Assembly (NCBI GenBank): GCA_041288045.1 | Contig: JBGGMM010000029.1 | Span: 1-15,433, forward strand | DNA length: 15,433 bases | Reading direction: 5' to 3' | DNA from: Pseudobdellovibrionaceae bacterium | GTDB taxonomy: Bacteria; Bdellovibrionota; Bdellovibrionia; Bdellovibrionales; Bdellovibrionaceae | Shown here: positions 8,334-15,433 of the stretch, in pieces | Layout: every line of letters starts with the position of its first letter | Numbering within the stretch: position 1 is the stretch's first letter | Position numbers and translations under genes: made by a program | Notes under the pieces: generated by a model | What the model was told of the DNA's origin: nothing | The model's database searches: none | What the model saw: the letters and a program-made list of their open reading frames with translations, nothing else

Positions 8334-8411
8334 CTTTCACTTTGGCACAATTTCTGTAAGGTTTTGGTGTTGGGGTTTTTTTGACCCCAGACAACCCACT
8401 GGAGGAAGTGA

Positions 8412-10118
8412 ATGAAAATGAATCTGCTGATTTTAACCGCCGCTTTTGCCCTGGTGTCTCTGCAAACGCCGCGTCTGATGGCCTTGCCGACCAATGACGA
8501 ACTGAAGATCGGAGTGACTCAAGAATTCGAAAGCTTGAATCCACTCATCATGACCATGGTGGCTTCGAACTACATGAACTACCTCGTCTCTCGCCAACCG
8601 GTGATCCTGACGCCCGACGGCAAGTGGGCAGCCCAGATGGTGAAATCCATTCCTAGCCTTGAAAACAAACAGGCGAAACTTGTGACCAATCCAGATGGGA
8701 CTAAAGGAATTGTATCCACTTGGGAAATTTTAGAAAAAGCCAAATGGGGAGACGGAGTCCCGGTGACCTGCGCAGATATGAAATTCACCTGGGAAGCAGG
8801 TTTAAACACGAACATCTCTGTCGGCAACCGAGAAGGATATGAAAATATCAGGAGCATCACTTGGGAAGAAAAAAATCCTAAAAAGTGTGAAGTCACTTTC
8901 AAAAAAGCCAAATGGGATTTTTCTAGAAACCTTTTTCCATTCCTTGCATCTCATATTGAATCCAAAGTCATGGAAAAATTCGGCAACAAAAAAGAGGGAT
9001 ATGACCAGAACTCTGAGTACAATAAAAATCCGACAAACCCTGGCCTTTACAATGGTCCCTATATCATCTCTGAAATGAGATTGGGAAGTCATATCACTTT
9101 TGTTCCGAATCCCCACTTCTATGGCAAGCAGCCGACGATTAAAAAAGTCATTTTCAAATTGATCCCCAACACCGGAACCCTAGAAGCCAACCTGCGTTCT
9201 GGAACCATTGACATGGTTTCTCCGCTGGGATTTGCTTTTGACCAAGCTGTGGCATTTGAGAAAAAAGTCAAAGCCGACTCTCTGCCTTTCCGAGTGCTTT
9301 TCAAAGAAGGCATCACTTATGAGCACATTGATTTTGATCTTGAAAATCCAATTCTGAAAGATGTCAAAGTCCGCCAAGCCATCATCTATGCGATCAACCG
9401 CGAAGAAATCACAAAGTCTCTTTTTGAAGGAAAACAAAAACCGGCTCTTCACAACATCAATCCTCTGGATGTGAATTACACAGCAGATCCAAAAATGATC
9501 AAAGTCTACAATTACTCTAAACGAGAAGCAGTCAAATTGTTGGATGAAGCTGGCTGGAAAGCGGGCCCCGATGGAATCCGCAGCAAAGACGGAAAGAAAC
9601 TTTCTTTGCAATTTATGACCACAGCCGGAAACAAAACCCGTGAGACGGTCCAAACAATGATTCAATCCCAATTGAAATCTGTCGGCGTTGAAGTCATCAT
9701 TAAAAATGAACCAGCTCGCGTTTTCTTCGGTGAAACGATGAATAAGCGCAAGTTCGGTGGCATGGCGATGTATGCCTGGTCTTCATTTCCCGAGCAGACG
9801 CCACGATCGACTTTCCACTCTTCCATGATTCAAACTGAAAAGAACGGATGGTCTGGCCAAAACAATATGGCTTGGTCCAATCCAAAAGTGGACAAGCTCG
9901 TTGATCGTTTCGAAGAAGAATTCAATGCGGGCAAAAGAAAACAAATCATGCATGAGCTTCTGGCTGAATACACCAAGGACGCTCCAGTCATTCCGCTCTA
10001 CTATCGATCAGAGAATGCCTCGGTTCCAACCAATCTGACCAATTACCGACTTTCAGGACATCTCTTTTATGAGACCAATGAAATCGAAAATTGGTCATTG
10101 GATACGAAGCTGAAATAA
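8412..10118 (+). CDS. Peptide ABC transporter substrate-binding protein (SBP family 5, OppA/DppA-like), copy 1
   Basis: GGAGG SD at 8401; signal peptide; AKWGDGVPVTCADMKFTWE, NGPY, VRQAIIYAINRE, LLDEAGW, PVIPLYY. Confidence 0.95.
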   Translation: MKMNLLILTAAFALVSLQTPRLMALPTNDELKIGVTQEFESLNPLIMTMVASNYMNYLVSRQPVILTPDGKWAAQMVKSIPSLENKQAKLVTNPDGTKGIVSTWEILEKAKWGDGVPVTCADMKFTWEAGLNTNISVGNREGYENIRSITWEEKNPKKCEVTFKKAKWDFSRNLFPFLASHIESKVMEKFGNKKEGYDQNSEYNKNPTNPGLYNGPYIISEMRLGSHITFVPNPHFYGKQPTIKKVIFKLIPNTGTLEANLRSGTIDMVSPLGFAFDQAVAFEKKVKADSLPFRVLFKEGITYEHIDFDLENPILKDVKVRQAIIYAINREEITKSLFEGKQKPALHNINPLDVNYTADPKMIKVYNYSKREAVKLLDEAGWKAGPDGIRSKDGKKLSLQFMTTAGNKTRETVQTMIQSQLKSVGVEVIIKNEPARVFFGETMNKRKFGGMAMYAWSSFPEQTPRSTFHSSMIQTEKNGWSGQNNMAWSNPKVDKLVDRFEEEFNAGKRKQIMHELLAEYTKDAPVIPLYYRSENASVPTNLTNYRLSGHLFYETNEIENWSLDTKLK

Positions 10119-10137
10119 TTTTACTAGGAGAACATCG

Positions 10138-11817
10138 ATGTCCGGCAAAATGAAAAACTCCGCGCTCAAATTTTTGATTCTTTCCATTCTTACTCTCGGC
10201 TCCTCCCCCGCGCTTCAAGCTGCGGGGAAAGACACTTTGTCCGTTGGAGTCAGTGGGGAATTTGAAACTTTAAACCCTATCATCTTGTCGATTTCCGTTT
10301 CACGGTACATGTCCACACTTTCTTACCGACCTCTGGTGACTCTTTCGATCGACAACAAATGGGTTCCCATCCTGGCGACTAAAATTCCAACTTTTGAAAA
10401 CAAAATGGTCAAAAGAGTAGGCGAAGGATTGGATGTGACGGTCGAAATCCGCCCAGAAGCCCAATGGGGAGATGGCGTCCCGGTGACTTGCAAAGACATC
10501 GATTTTGCGGTGACTGTCGGTAAGAGTCCGAATGTATCCACGCCAAGTAAAGAAGGCTACGAAAACATCAAAGCTGTGAAGTGGGACGAGAAGACTCCAA
10601 AAAAATGTGTGATCTCATTCGTTAAGGCCAAGTTCAATTATTTCGCCAATTTCATTGACCCCATGCCTTCTCATCTTGAAGGCCCAATCTTTGAAAAATA
10701 TAAGAACCAACCTCAGGGCTATGACAACAACACCCTTTATACAAAAAATCCCAACAACCCTGGTCTTTACAATGGTCCCTATGTGGTTTCCGACCTCAAG
10801 CTGGGGAGCCATGTGACCTTCACCGCCAATCCAAAATTTGGCGGCAAAAAACCACAAATCCGGCAAATTACTTTCAAATTGATTCCTAATGGAAACACCC
10901 TACCTACTCGTTTACAGGCAGGCGATATTGATATCATCACACCTGCTTCGGGATTTACTTTGGATCAGGCAGTGGCCTTTGAAAAGAAAATCCAAGCCGA
11001 AAAATTGCCTTACAAAGTGATGTGGGCCGATGGGGTGATTTACTCTCATATTGATGTCAATTTGGAAAATCCAGCCCTTTCAGACCTTGCTGTTCGAAAA
11101 GCCCTTTCTTTGGGATTCAATAAAAAAGAAATGATTCAATCTTTGCTGGAAGGCCGGGCCAAAGTCGCCCACCATTTCGTCACCGAAAAAAATCCTTGGT
11201 ACACAGAAAAAGTTCCCGTTTATAACTACAACAGACGAGAAGCTGCTAAAATTCTCGACGAAGCTGGCTGGAAAGCAGGAAGTGATGGAATACGCAGCAA
11301 AGATGGCAAGAAACTCAGTTTCACCATTTACGGGGGAGCTGGCAGCAAGCTGATTGAAAACATTGAAGCGTATCTGCAATCCCAATGGAAATCGATCGGC
11401 ATTGAACTAAAAATCAAAAACGAACCTCTTCGCATTCTTTTTAGTGAAACGATCCCAAAACGAAAATTTGATTTGGCACTTTACTCGTGGGTGTCCATTC
11501 CAGAGAGTTCACCCAGATCCATGCTTCATTCAGAAATGATCCCTTCAGAGAAGAACTCTTGGTCTGGTCAAAATAATCCGGGTTATCGCAATCCAGAAAT
11601 GGACAAATTGATTGATCAATTAGAAGGCGAATTCGACGCTAAAAAACGCGGCAAGCTCGGCCAGAAGATTGTCGAAATTTATGCTCGAGACATTCCCGTC
11701 ATTCCGCTCTATTACCGCCCAGATCCCGCCGTGGTGCCTTTGGATTTGAAAGGCTATAAACCTTCAGGTCATTTGGGCTATGAAACCCATTGGGCTGAAG
11801 AGTGGAGTCGGAATTAG
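10138..11817 (+). CDS. Peptide ABC transporter substrate-binding protein (SBP family 5), copy 2
   Basis: AGGAG SD at 10126; signal peptide; AQWGDGVPVTCKDIDF, NGPY, VRKALSLGFNKKE, ILDEAGW, PVIPLYY; collinear with the upstream paralogue. Confidence 0.95.
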   Translation: MSGKMKNSALKFLILSILTLGSSPALQAAGKDTLSVGVSGEFETLNPIILSISVSRYMSTLSYRPLVTLSIDNKWVPILATKIPTFENKMVKRVGEGLDVTVEIRPEAQWGDGVPVTCKDIDFAVTVGKSPNVSTPSKEGYENIKAVKWDEKTPKKCVISFVKAKFNYFANFIDPMPSHLEGPIFEKYKNQPQGYDNNTLYTKNPNNPGLYNGPYVVSDLKLGSHVTFTANPKFGGKKPQIRQITFKLIPNGNTLPTRLQAGDIDIITPASGFTLDQAVAFEKKIQAEKLPYKVMWADGVIYSHIDVNLENPALSDLAVRKALSLGFNKKEMIQSLLEGRAKVAHHFVTEKNPWYTEKVPVYNYNRREAAKILDEAGWKAGSDGIRSKDGKKLSFTIYGGAGSKLIENIEAYLQSQWKSIGIELKIKNEPLRILFSETIPKRKFDLALYSWVSIPESSPRSMLHSEMIPSEKNSWSGQNNPGYRNPEMDKLIDQLEGEFDAKKRGKLGQKIVEIYARDIPVIPLYYRPDPAVVPLDLKGYKPSGHLGYETHWAEEWSRN

Positions 11818-11842
11818 TTCGTATCGCAGCGCGAAAGTGATT

Positions 11843-11886
11843 GGCCTCCCCGCTTTTTTAAGCGACTTTGGGAGGCCTTTTTATTT
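11843..11886 (+). terminator. Intrinsic terminator-like hairpin after the SBP pair
   Basis: GGCCTCCC (11843-11850) ... GGGAGGCC (11870-11877) with an inner CGCTT/AAGCG stem, followed by TTTTTATTT. Confidence 0.7.
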
Positions 11887-11894
11887 CTGAGCAT

Positions 11895-11970
11895 GGTCTC
11901 TTGGCGTAGTTGGTAGCGCGTTCCCTTGACATGGGAAAGGTCACTGGTTCGAGTCCAGTAGAGACCACCA
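11895..11970 (+). tRNA. trnV: tRNA-Val (anticodon GAC)
   Basis: 76 nt cloverleaf: acceptor GGTCTCT/AGAGACC, D arm with AGTTGGTA, anticodon stem TTCCC/GGGAA with loop TT-GAC-AT, T arm ACTGG-TTCGAGT-CCAGT, encoded 3' ACCA. Confidence 0.98.
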
Positions 11971-12022
11971 TCCTGCTTCGGTCTCATTTTGAAGCGATCC
12001 ACGAAAACAGTTGAATTCGGCC

Positions 12023-12050
12023 TTCAGAGCCAGACTCCGCATTCCGATAA
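12023..12050 (+). promoter_or_regulatory. Putative sigma28-like promoter upstream of the RCC1-like gene
   Basis: TTCAGAG-N13-TCCGATAA, 7 nt before ATG 12058; same architecture as 13987-14014. Confidence 0.55.
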
Positions 12051-12057
12051 TGGCTGC

Positions 12058-13335
12058 ATGGGATATGATAAAAAAAGGTACTTCGCAATTCCGGCTGCGG
12101 CTTTGATTCTGTTTTTTCTTTATCAAAATTGCGGTCAGGGATTTCAGACCACACTTTCAGGGTCTGAAACGGATTCTCCCTCCCAAGCCATCAGCGTTCA
12201 GGGACCGGATTGCCTTTTCAATAGCCAAAAAGTTCTCAATGGCGAAAGCGTGACCGCTTATCAGTTTCCCAGCGTCGCTCCCGGCAAGACCTGCGTTTCA
12301 GAAGTTCGTTTTTGCACTCAGGGATTTCTGAGCGGCAATTACACTTACCCAGTTTGTTCCATCGGAATTCTTCCGAAAGTCAAAAAAGTCAGCGCCGGCT
12401 TTCAGCACGGCTGTGCTTTGATTGATGACCGGGTGAAGTGCTGGGGAAAAACCTTGAATGGTTGGTATTTATTTTCAAACGGTCAATCCAGCTTCGGCAC
12501 TCCCCAAGAACCCAAACTGGTTTTAGAAAAAGACATTCAGGACCTCTCAGTCCGATCCATCTATTCAGAATGCCACATTCAAAATGGCGCTTTGATTTGC
12601 ACTGGCGATCATGACGAAGAAGGCCTTCATCATTTCACCAGCAGAACTTTGCTCGCCAGTGGCGCTGGGAAGCTATCGACTTCGCATTGGTACGTTTGCT
12701 CTTCCACCTCTGTGGGACTTCGCTGCTGGGGAACCTATGCGGATTTGAACACTTCTCAGCCGAATGGCTTTCTCGCTTTTTCAGATGTGAACCTCGTGGA
12801 TCATGCCATCGGTGGCAATGAAATCTGCGCCCTCACTTCAAAAGGGACTGTGAAATGCTTGGTGCATGACCGTGGGTCTGTGCTGGTGGCGCCAAGGACT
12901 TTGATCACCACTGGTGCCAAACAAGTCGAACTGGATCAAACCGGCAATGGCTGTGCATTGGTGGGGAGCAATCTTTCCTGCTGGGCCACGTCCCTGCCCC
13001 ACCCTCCGGACCAGGGCTTTGGCTACCGAAGACCGGATGGAACCCTGGGAACCAGTCTGAAACCCGAATTGATCGCGAGCAACGTCCTTCAATTTGCCAT
13101 GGCTCAAAATGGATTCACGCACTCGATCTGTGTGGTGAAATCCGATGGCTCAGTTCAGTGCTGGGGAAATAATTCGGGCGGCACCGCCTATCCTGCGACC
13201 ACCATGCTCACGTCAGGTGCTTTGGCCATTGAGACTCTCACTGGGATCAGTGGTTTGAAAGTGATTTTGATGAAAGACGGACGAGTTCTCACTGGCACTC
13301 AGGCCAAAGACTTCGTGGACGTGAATCTCGATTAG
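12058..13335 (+). CDS. Exported/lipoprotein-like RCC1/BLIP-II-type repeat (beta-propeller) protein with YQNC signal and N-terminal 4-Cys module
   Basis: Signal MGYDKKRYFAIPAAALILFFLYQNC. Repeats of H/x-x-C-A-L...V-K-C-W-G type (VSAGFQHGCALIDDRVKCWG, EICALTSKGTVKC, SICVVKSDGSVQCWGNN). ATG 12058 is preferred over TTG 11989. Confidence 0.85.
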   Translation: MGYDKKRYFAIPAAALILFFLYQNCGQGFQTTLSGSETDSPSQAISVQGPDCLFNSQKVLNGESVTAYQFPSVAPGKTCVSEVRFCTQGFLSGNYTYPVCSIGILPKVKKVSAGFQHGCALIDDRVKCWGKTLNGWYLFSNGQSSFGTPQEPKLVLEKDIQDLSVRSIYSECHIQNGALICTGDHDEEGLHHFTSRTLLASGAGKLSTSHWYVCSSTSVGLRCWGTYADLNTSQPNGFLAFSDVNLVDHAIGGNEICALTSKGTVKCLVHDRGSVLVAPRTLITTGAKQVELDQTGNGCALVGSNLSCWATSLPHPPDQGFGYRRPDGTLGTSLKPELIASNVLQFAMAQNGFTHSICVVKSDGSVQCWGNNSGGTAYPATTMLTSGALAIETLTGISGLKVILMKDGRVLTGTQAKDFVDVNLD

Positions 13336-13374
13336 AGTCTCATTTTAAGACAGTCCCACAGACAGCTGAACTTT

Positions 13375-13403
13375 TTGACAAGCGATGCGGCCTTCTTCAG
13401 ATT
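13375..13403 (+). promoter_or_regulatory. Possible sigma70 promoter
   Basis: Perfect -35 TTGACA, 17 nt spacer, weak -10 CAGATT. Confidence 0.3.
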
Positions 13404-13488
13404 CAGAAACTTTCCTGCGCTTTAGAGACTTTGAGAGCTTGAAATCAAGGCCTTGAATTTGCTCTCATTTCTCATCACGGAGGATTTT

Positions 13489-13953
13489 TTGAATTTGCTG
13501 ATGCTTCTGATTGGATTCAGCTTCACCCTGTGCTTGACAGCGCAATCCTTAGCTAGTGAAGCCGCTTCAGAAGTCAATTGGGCTGATCCTAATCTCTACA
13601 GTCCTCCTGCCAGCAAAGCTTCCACGTCGGCACTGACTCCTGGTGGGCTTGACGTGTATTCAGTGATCATCGATAGCACCACTCGAACCCTGGTGATGAG
13701 CTTCACTGAGCTGGAGTCCTATCTCTCAAAGAGCATGCCGATGGCGGAGGCTCGAAAAATCACGCGCCAATTGAAACGCGATCCAGCCGTCAGCACTCTT
13801 CGCGGAGTTCGAGTGGTCGATCAACACGTTGAGCTGGATGAGATGAAATTTGAAGCTGGCCAAATGGCCGAGACCGAATCTTCTGAGCCTTCTCAGGAAA
13901 AATTAGTTCAGAAAGTCCTTCACCTTCAGCAGAAAAAATCAGGCACTCCTTAA
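13489..13953 (+). CDS. Hypothetical secreted protein
   Basis: GGAGG at 13479-13483 precedes an in-frame TTG at 13489 (ATG 13501 is an alternative). Signal-like LLMLLIGFSFTLCLTAQSLA; no family recognised. Confidence 0.65.
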   Translation: MNLLMLLIGFSFTLCLTAQSLASEAASEVNWADPNLYSPPASKASTSALTPGGLDVYSVIIDSTTRTLVMSFTELESYLSKSMPMAEARKITRQLKRDPAVSTLRGVRVVDQHVELDEMKFEAGQMAETESSEPSQEKLVQKVLHLQQKKSGTP

Positions 13954-13986
13954 GGAATCCCAATCTGAGACAAAAGCTTTGTTCCA

Positions 13987-14014
13987 TTCAGAGAATGCCA
14001 CAATGTGCCGATAA
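13987..14014 (+). promoter_or_regulatory. Putative sigma28-like promoter upstream of the acyltransferase gene
   Basis: TTCAGAG-N13-GCCGATAA (perfect sigma28 -10 octamer), 6 nt before ATG 14021. Confidence 0.6.
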
Positions 14015-14020
14015 GTCTGT

Positions 14021-14830
14021 ATGGGCAATTCACACAGGCCCGATGTGGACTCACTGAAAAGTGAACGCAAAGGCCTCGCTCGAATTTTAGAAAACACCCT
14101 CCGAGAATTTCGAATCCTCATGCACCTGGCTTTGCTCGCTCCACTTTACCTAGTAGGAAGTCTTTGCGTGGGCCTGGCCTTGGTTCCAGGATTTTACCTT
14201 TTCCATTTCGTTGATCGTCTCAGTTCTGGATTTTCTCAGCTCGCCCGCTTTTGGCTTTTGGGTTCAAGTCTCGCTGCCGGCTATTTTCTCTTTGGCTTTT
14301 GTTTGATTCTCATCGCACCTGCCCTCAACACTCTCTTTCGCACTCGCCTGCAGGCCTGGCGAGGACCCTACTACTCGCTGCCGGCCATTCGCTGGTACAT
14401 TCACAATGGACTGACTTATTTGGTGCGCTTTACTTTTTTAGAATTCATCACTCCGACTCCGTTTAACCTTTTGTTCTTTCGCTTGATGGGAATGAAAATT
14501 GGCGACGGCACATTGATCAACAGCTCTCACATTTCTGATCCCTCTTTGATTCAATTGGGTCGCAAAGTCACTTTGGGCGGTTCAGTCACCATTGTTGCTC
14601 ACTACGGACAGGGCGGATTTTTGGTTTTAGCTCCAGTGAAAATCGGCGATAAGGCCACCATCGGTCTTCGCGCCGTCTTGATGGGTGGAGTTGAAATCGG
14701 CGAAGGCGCTAAGATTCTTCCGAACTCTGTGGTTCTTCCAAAAACCATTGTGCCAGCTGGTGAAACTTGGGGCGGAGTTCCTGCCCGCAAAATAGAAACT
14801 CAAGATCTATTGCAGAAAATAGCTGCCTAA
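14021..14830 (+). CDS. Membrane-anchored hexapeptide-repeat (left-handed beta-helix) acyltransferase-like protein
   Basis: Two to three TM helices followed by FRLMGMKIGDGTLIN, VKIGDKATIGLRAVLMGGVEIGEGAKILPNSVV and WGGVPARKI. Confidence 0.88.
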   Translation: MGNSHRPDVDSLKSERKGLARILENTLREFRILMHLALLAPLYLVGSLCVGLALVPGFYLFHFVDRLSSGFSQLARFWLLGSSLAAGYFLFGFCLILIAPALNTLFRTRLQAWRGPYYSLPAIRWYIHNGLTYLVRFTFLEFITPTPFNLLFFRLMGMKIGDGTLINSSHISDPSLIQLGRKVTLGGSVTIVAHYGQGGFLVLAPVKIGDKATIGLRAVLMGGVEIGEGAKILPNSVVLPKTIVPAGETWGGVPARKIETQDLLQKIAA

Positions 14831-14996
14831 AAATTCCAGTTTGTTCGATCTCTGTCAGGTTCTCGACATTTTCTTGTTGAGAATCCAACAAATCTTATGA
14901 TGCGATTTTTCAAATCCTCAGTAGGCATTGTTTGCTGATTTCGGAAAAGCTAATGTCTTTTTCGTCAGAGCCAACCAACCAACAAAGGATCGCACC

Positions 14997-15433
14997 ATGA
15001 AACACGCTTTGGTCACAGCTTTTGTGACAGCTGCTTTGGGACTTAACGCTTTCGCCGGAAGCATCAGCCTGGATTCCAGAGCTGACTATGAAGCCACCAC
15101 TTACAACGATGCAGCCAAGGCGGCCATCGGAAAAAGAGACAATCAGCGCTTTGCTTTGACTTCGCTTCGACTCGACAGCAAAGGCAATTTGAATGAGCAA
15201 ACTAGCTTTCGTCTGCGCTTTCGCTTGAACAAAGGAAGCCTAAACGTCAGCGAAGCCCAAGATAATCTCAATAACTCGATTGATTACGCTTACATTCAGC
15301 ACAACTGGATGGAAAATTTGGGATTTCAAATCGGAAAATTTGGCACTGACATCGGCGGCATCGAAGGCATGACCAATTCCGCTGACTTGTATTTAAAGTC
15401 GCAAGCTTATGGCGGCGGCACTCTCACCACCAC
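14997..15433 (+). CDS. Outer-membrane porin (OprO/OprP-like beta-barrel), truncated by window edge
   Basis: Manual translation from ATG 14997 (AAGGA SD at 14985): MKHALVTAFVTAALGLNAFA-GSISLDSRADY...SLRLDSKGNLNEQTSFRLRFRLN...IDYAYIQHNWMENLGFQIGKF...GGIEG. Alternating beta-strands and DYAY/xGKF motifs; open to the end of the window. Confidence 0.8.
   Translation, partial: MKHALVTAFVTAALGLNAFAGSISLDSRADYEATTYNDAAKAAIGKRDNQRFALTSLRLDSKGNLNEQTSFRLRFRLNKGSLNVSEAQDNLNNSIDYAYIQHNWMENLGFQIGKFGTDIGGIEGMTNSADLYLKSQAYGGGTLTT

Noticed and set aside
8343..8358. Sigma54-like TGGCACAATTTCTGTA upstream of SBP copy 1
   Set aside because: Good -24 element but the -12 reads CTGT rather than TTGC; too weak to call without start-site data.
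11814..12126. ORFs 11814-12002(-) and 11941-12126(-), and the TTG 11989 extension of the RCC1-like gene
   Set aside because: They overlap tRNA-Val or promoter elements; the signal peptide supports ATG 12058.
11895..13450. Prophage or integrative element at tRNA-Val
   Set aside because: No integrase or phage genes, and only a 7-nt match (TAGAGAC, 13423-13429) to the tRNA 3' end, which is expected by chance.
14923..14936. Sigma54-like AGGCATTGTTTGCT upstream of the porin
   Set aside because: GG-to-GC spacing is 8 nt rather than the required 10.
14971..14983. CCAA x3 microrepeat before the porin SD
   Set aside because: Too short for a phase-variation tract; more likely an unstructured A/C-rich leader.
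1..15433. CRISPR array, IS element, retron or toxin-antitoxin/defence system
   Set aside because: No regularly spaced repeats and no transposase, reverse transcriptase or nuclease motifs seen by eye.

Overview
Gene-dense bacterial chromosomal window, most likely from a Bdellovibrionota (Bdellovibrio-like predator) genome. That assignment is an inference from FQNC/YQNC signal peptides, a Cys-rich 'CNPxxYG' protein and the style of the porin and RCC1-like genes. Contents in order: (-) a secreted TolB/PD40-repeat + M28/PA peptidase running off the left edge (missed by the ORF track); an RlmD/TrmA-like RNA m5U methyltransferase; an FQNC lipoprotein-like protein; a secreted protein-glutaminase-type Cys-His-Asp enzyme; (-) an RDD protein; (-) a large Cys-rich membrane-anchored protein; MscS; two tandem family-5 peptide ABC substrate-binding proteins without adjacent permeases; tRNA-Val(GAC); a YQNC RCC1-like repeat protein; a small secreted hypothetical; a membrane-bound hexapeptide-repeat acyltransferase; and a porin running off the right edge (also missed by the ORF track). 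I see no mobile element, CRISPR array or defence system, and no single multi-gene novel system. The most interesting signals are the secreted protein-glutaminase, two identically spaced sigma28-like promoters ending 6-7 nt before SD-less ATGs (probably leaderless), and a recurring imperfect GTCTCA-N3-TGAGAC palindrome at gene ends.
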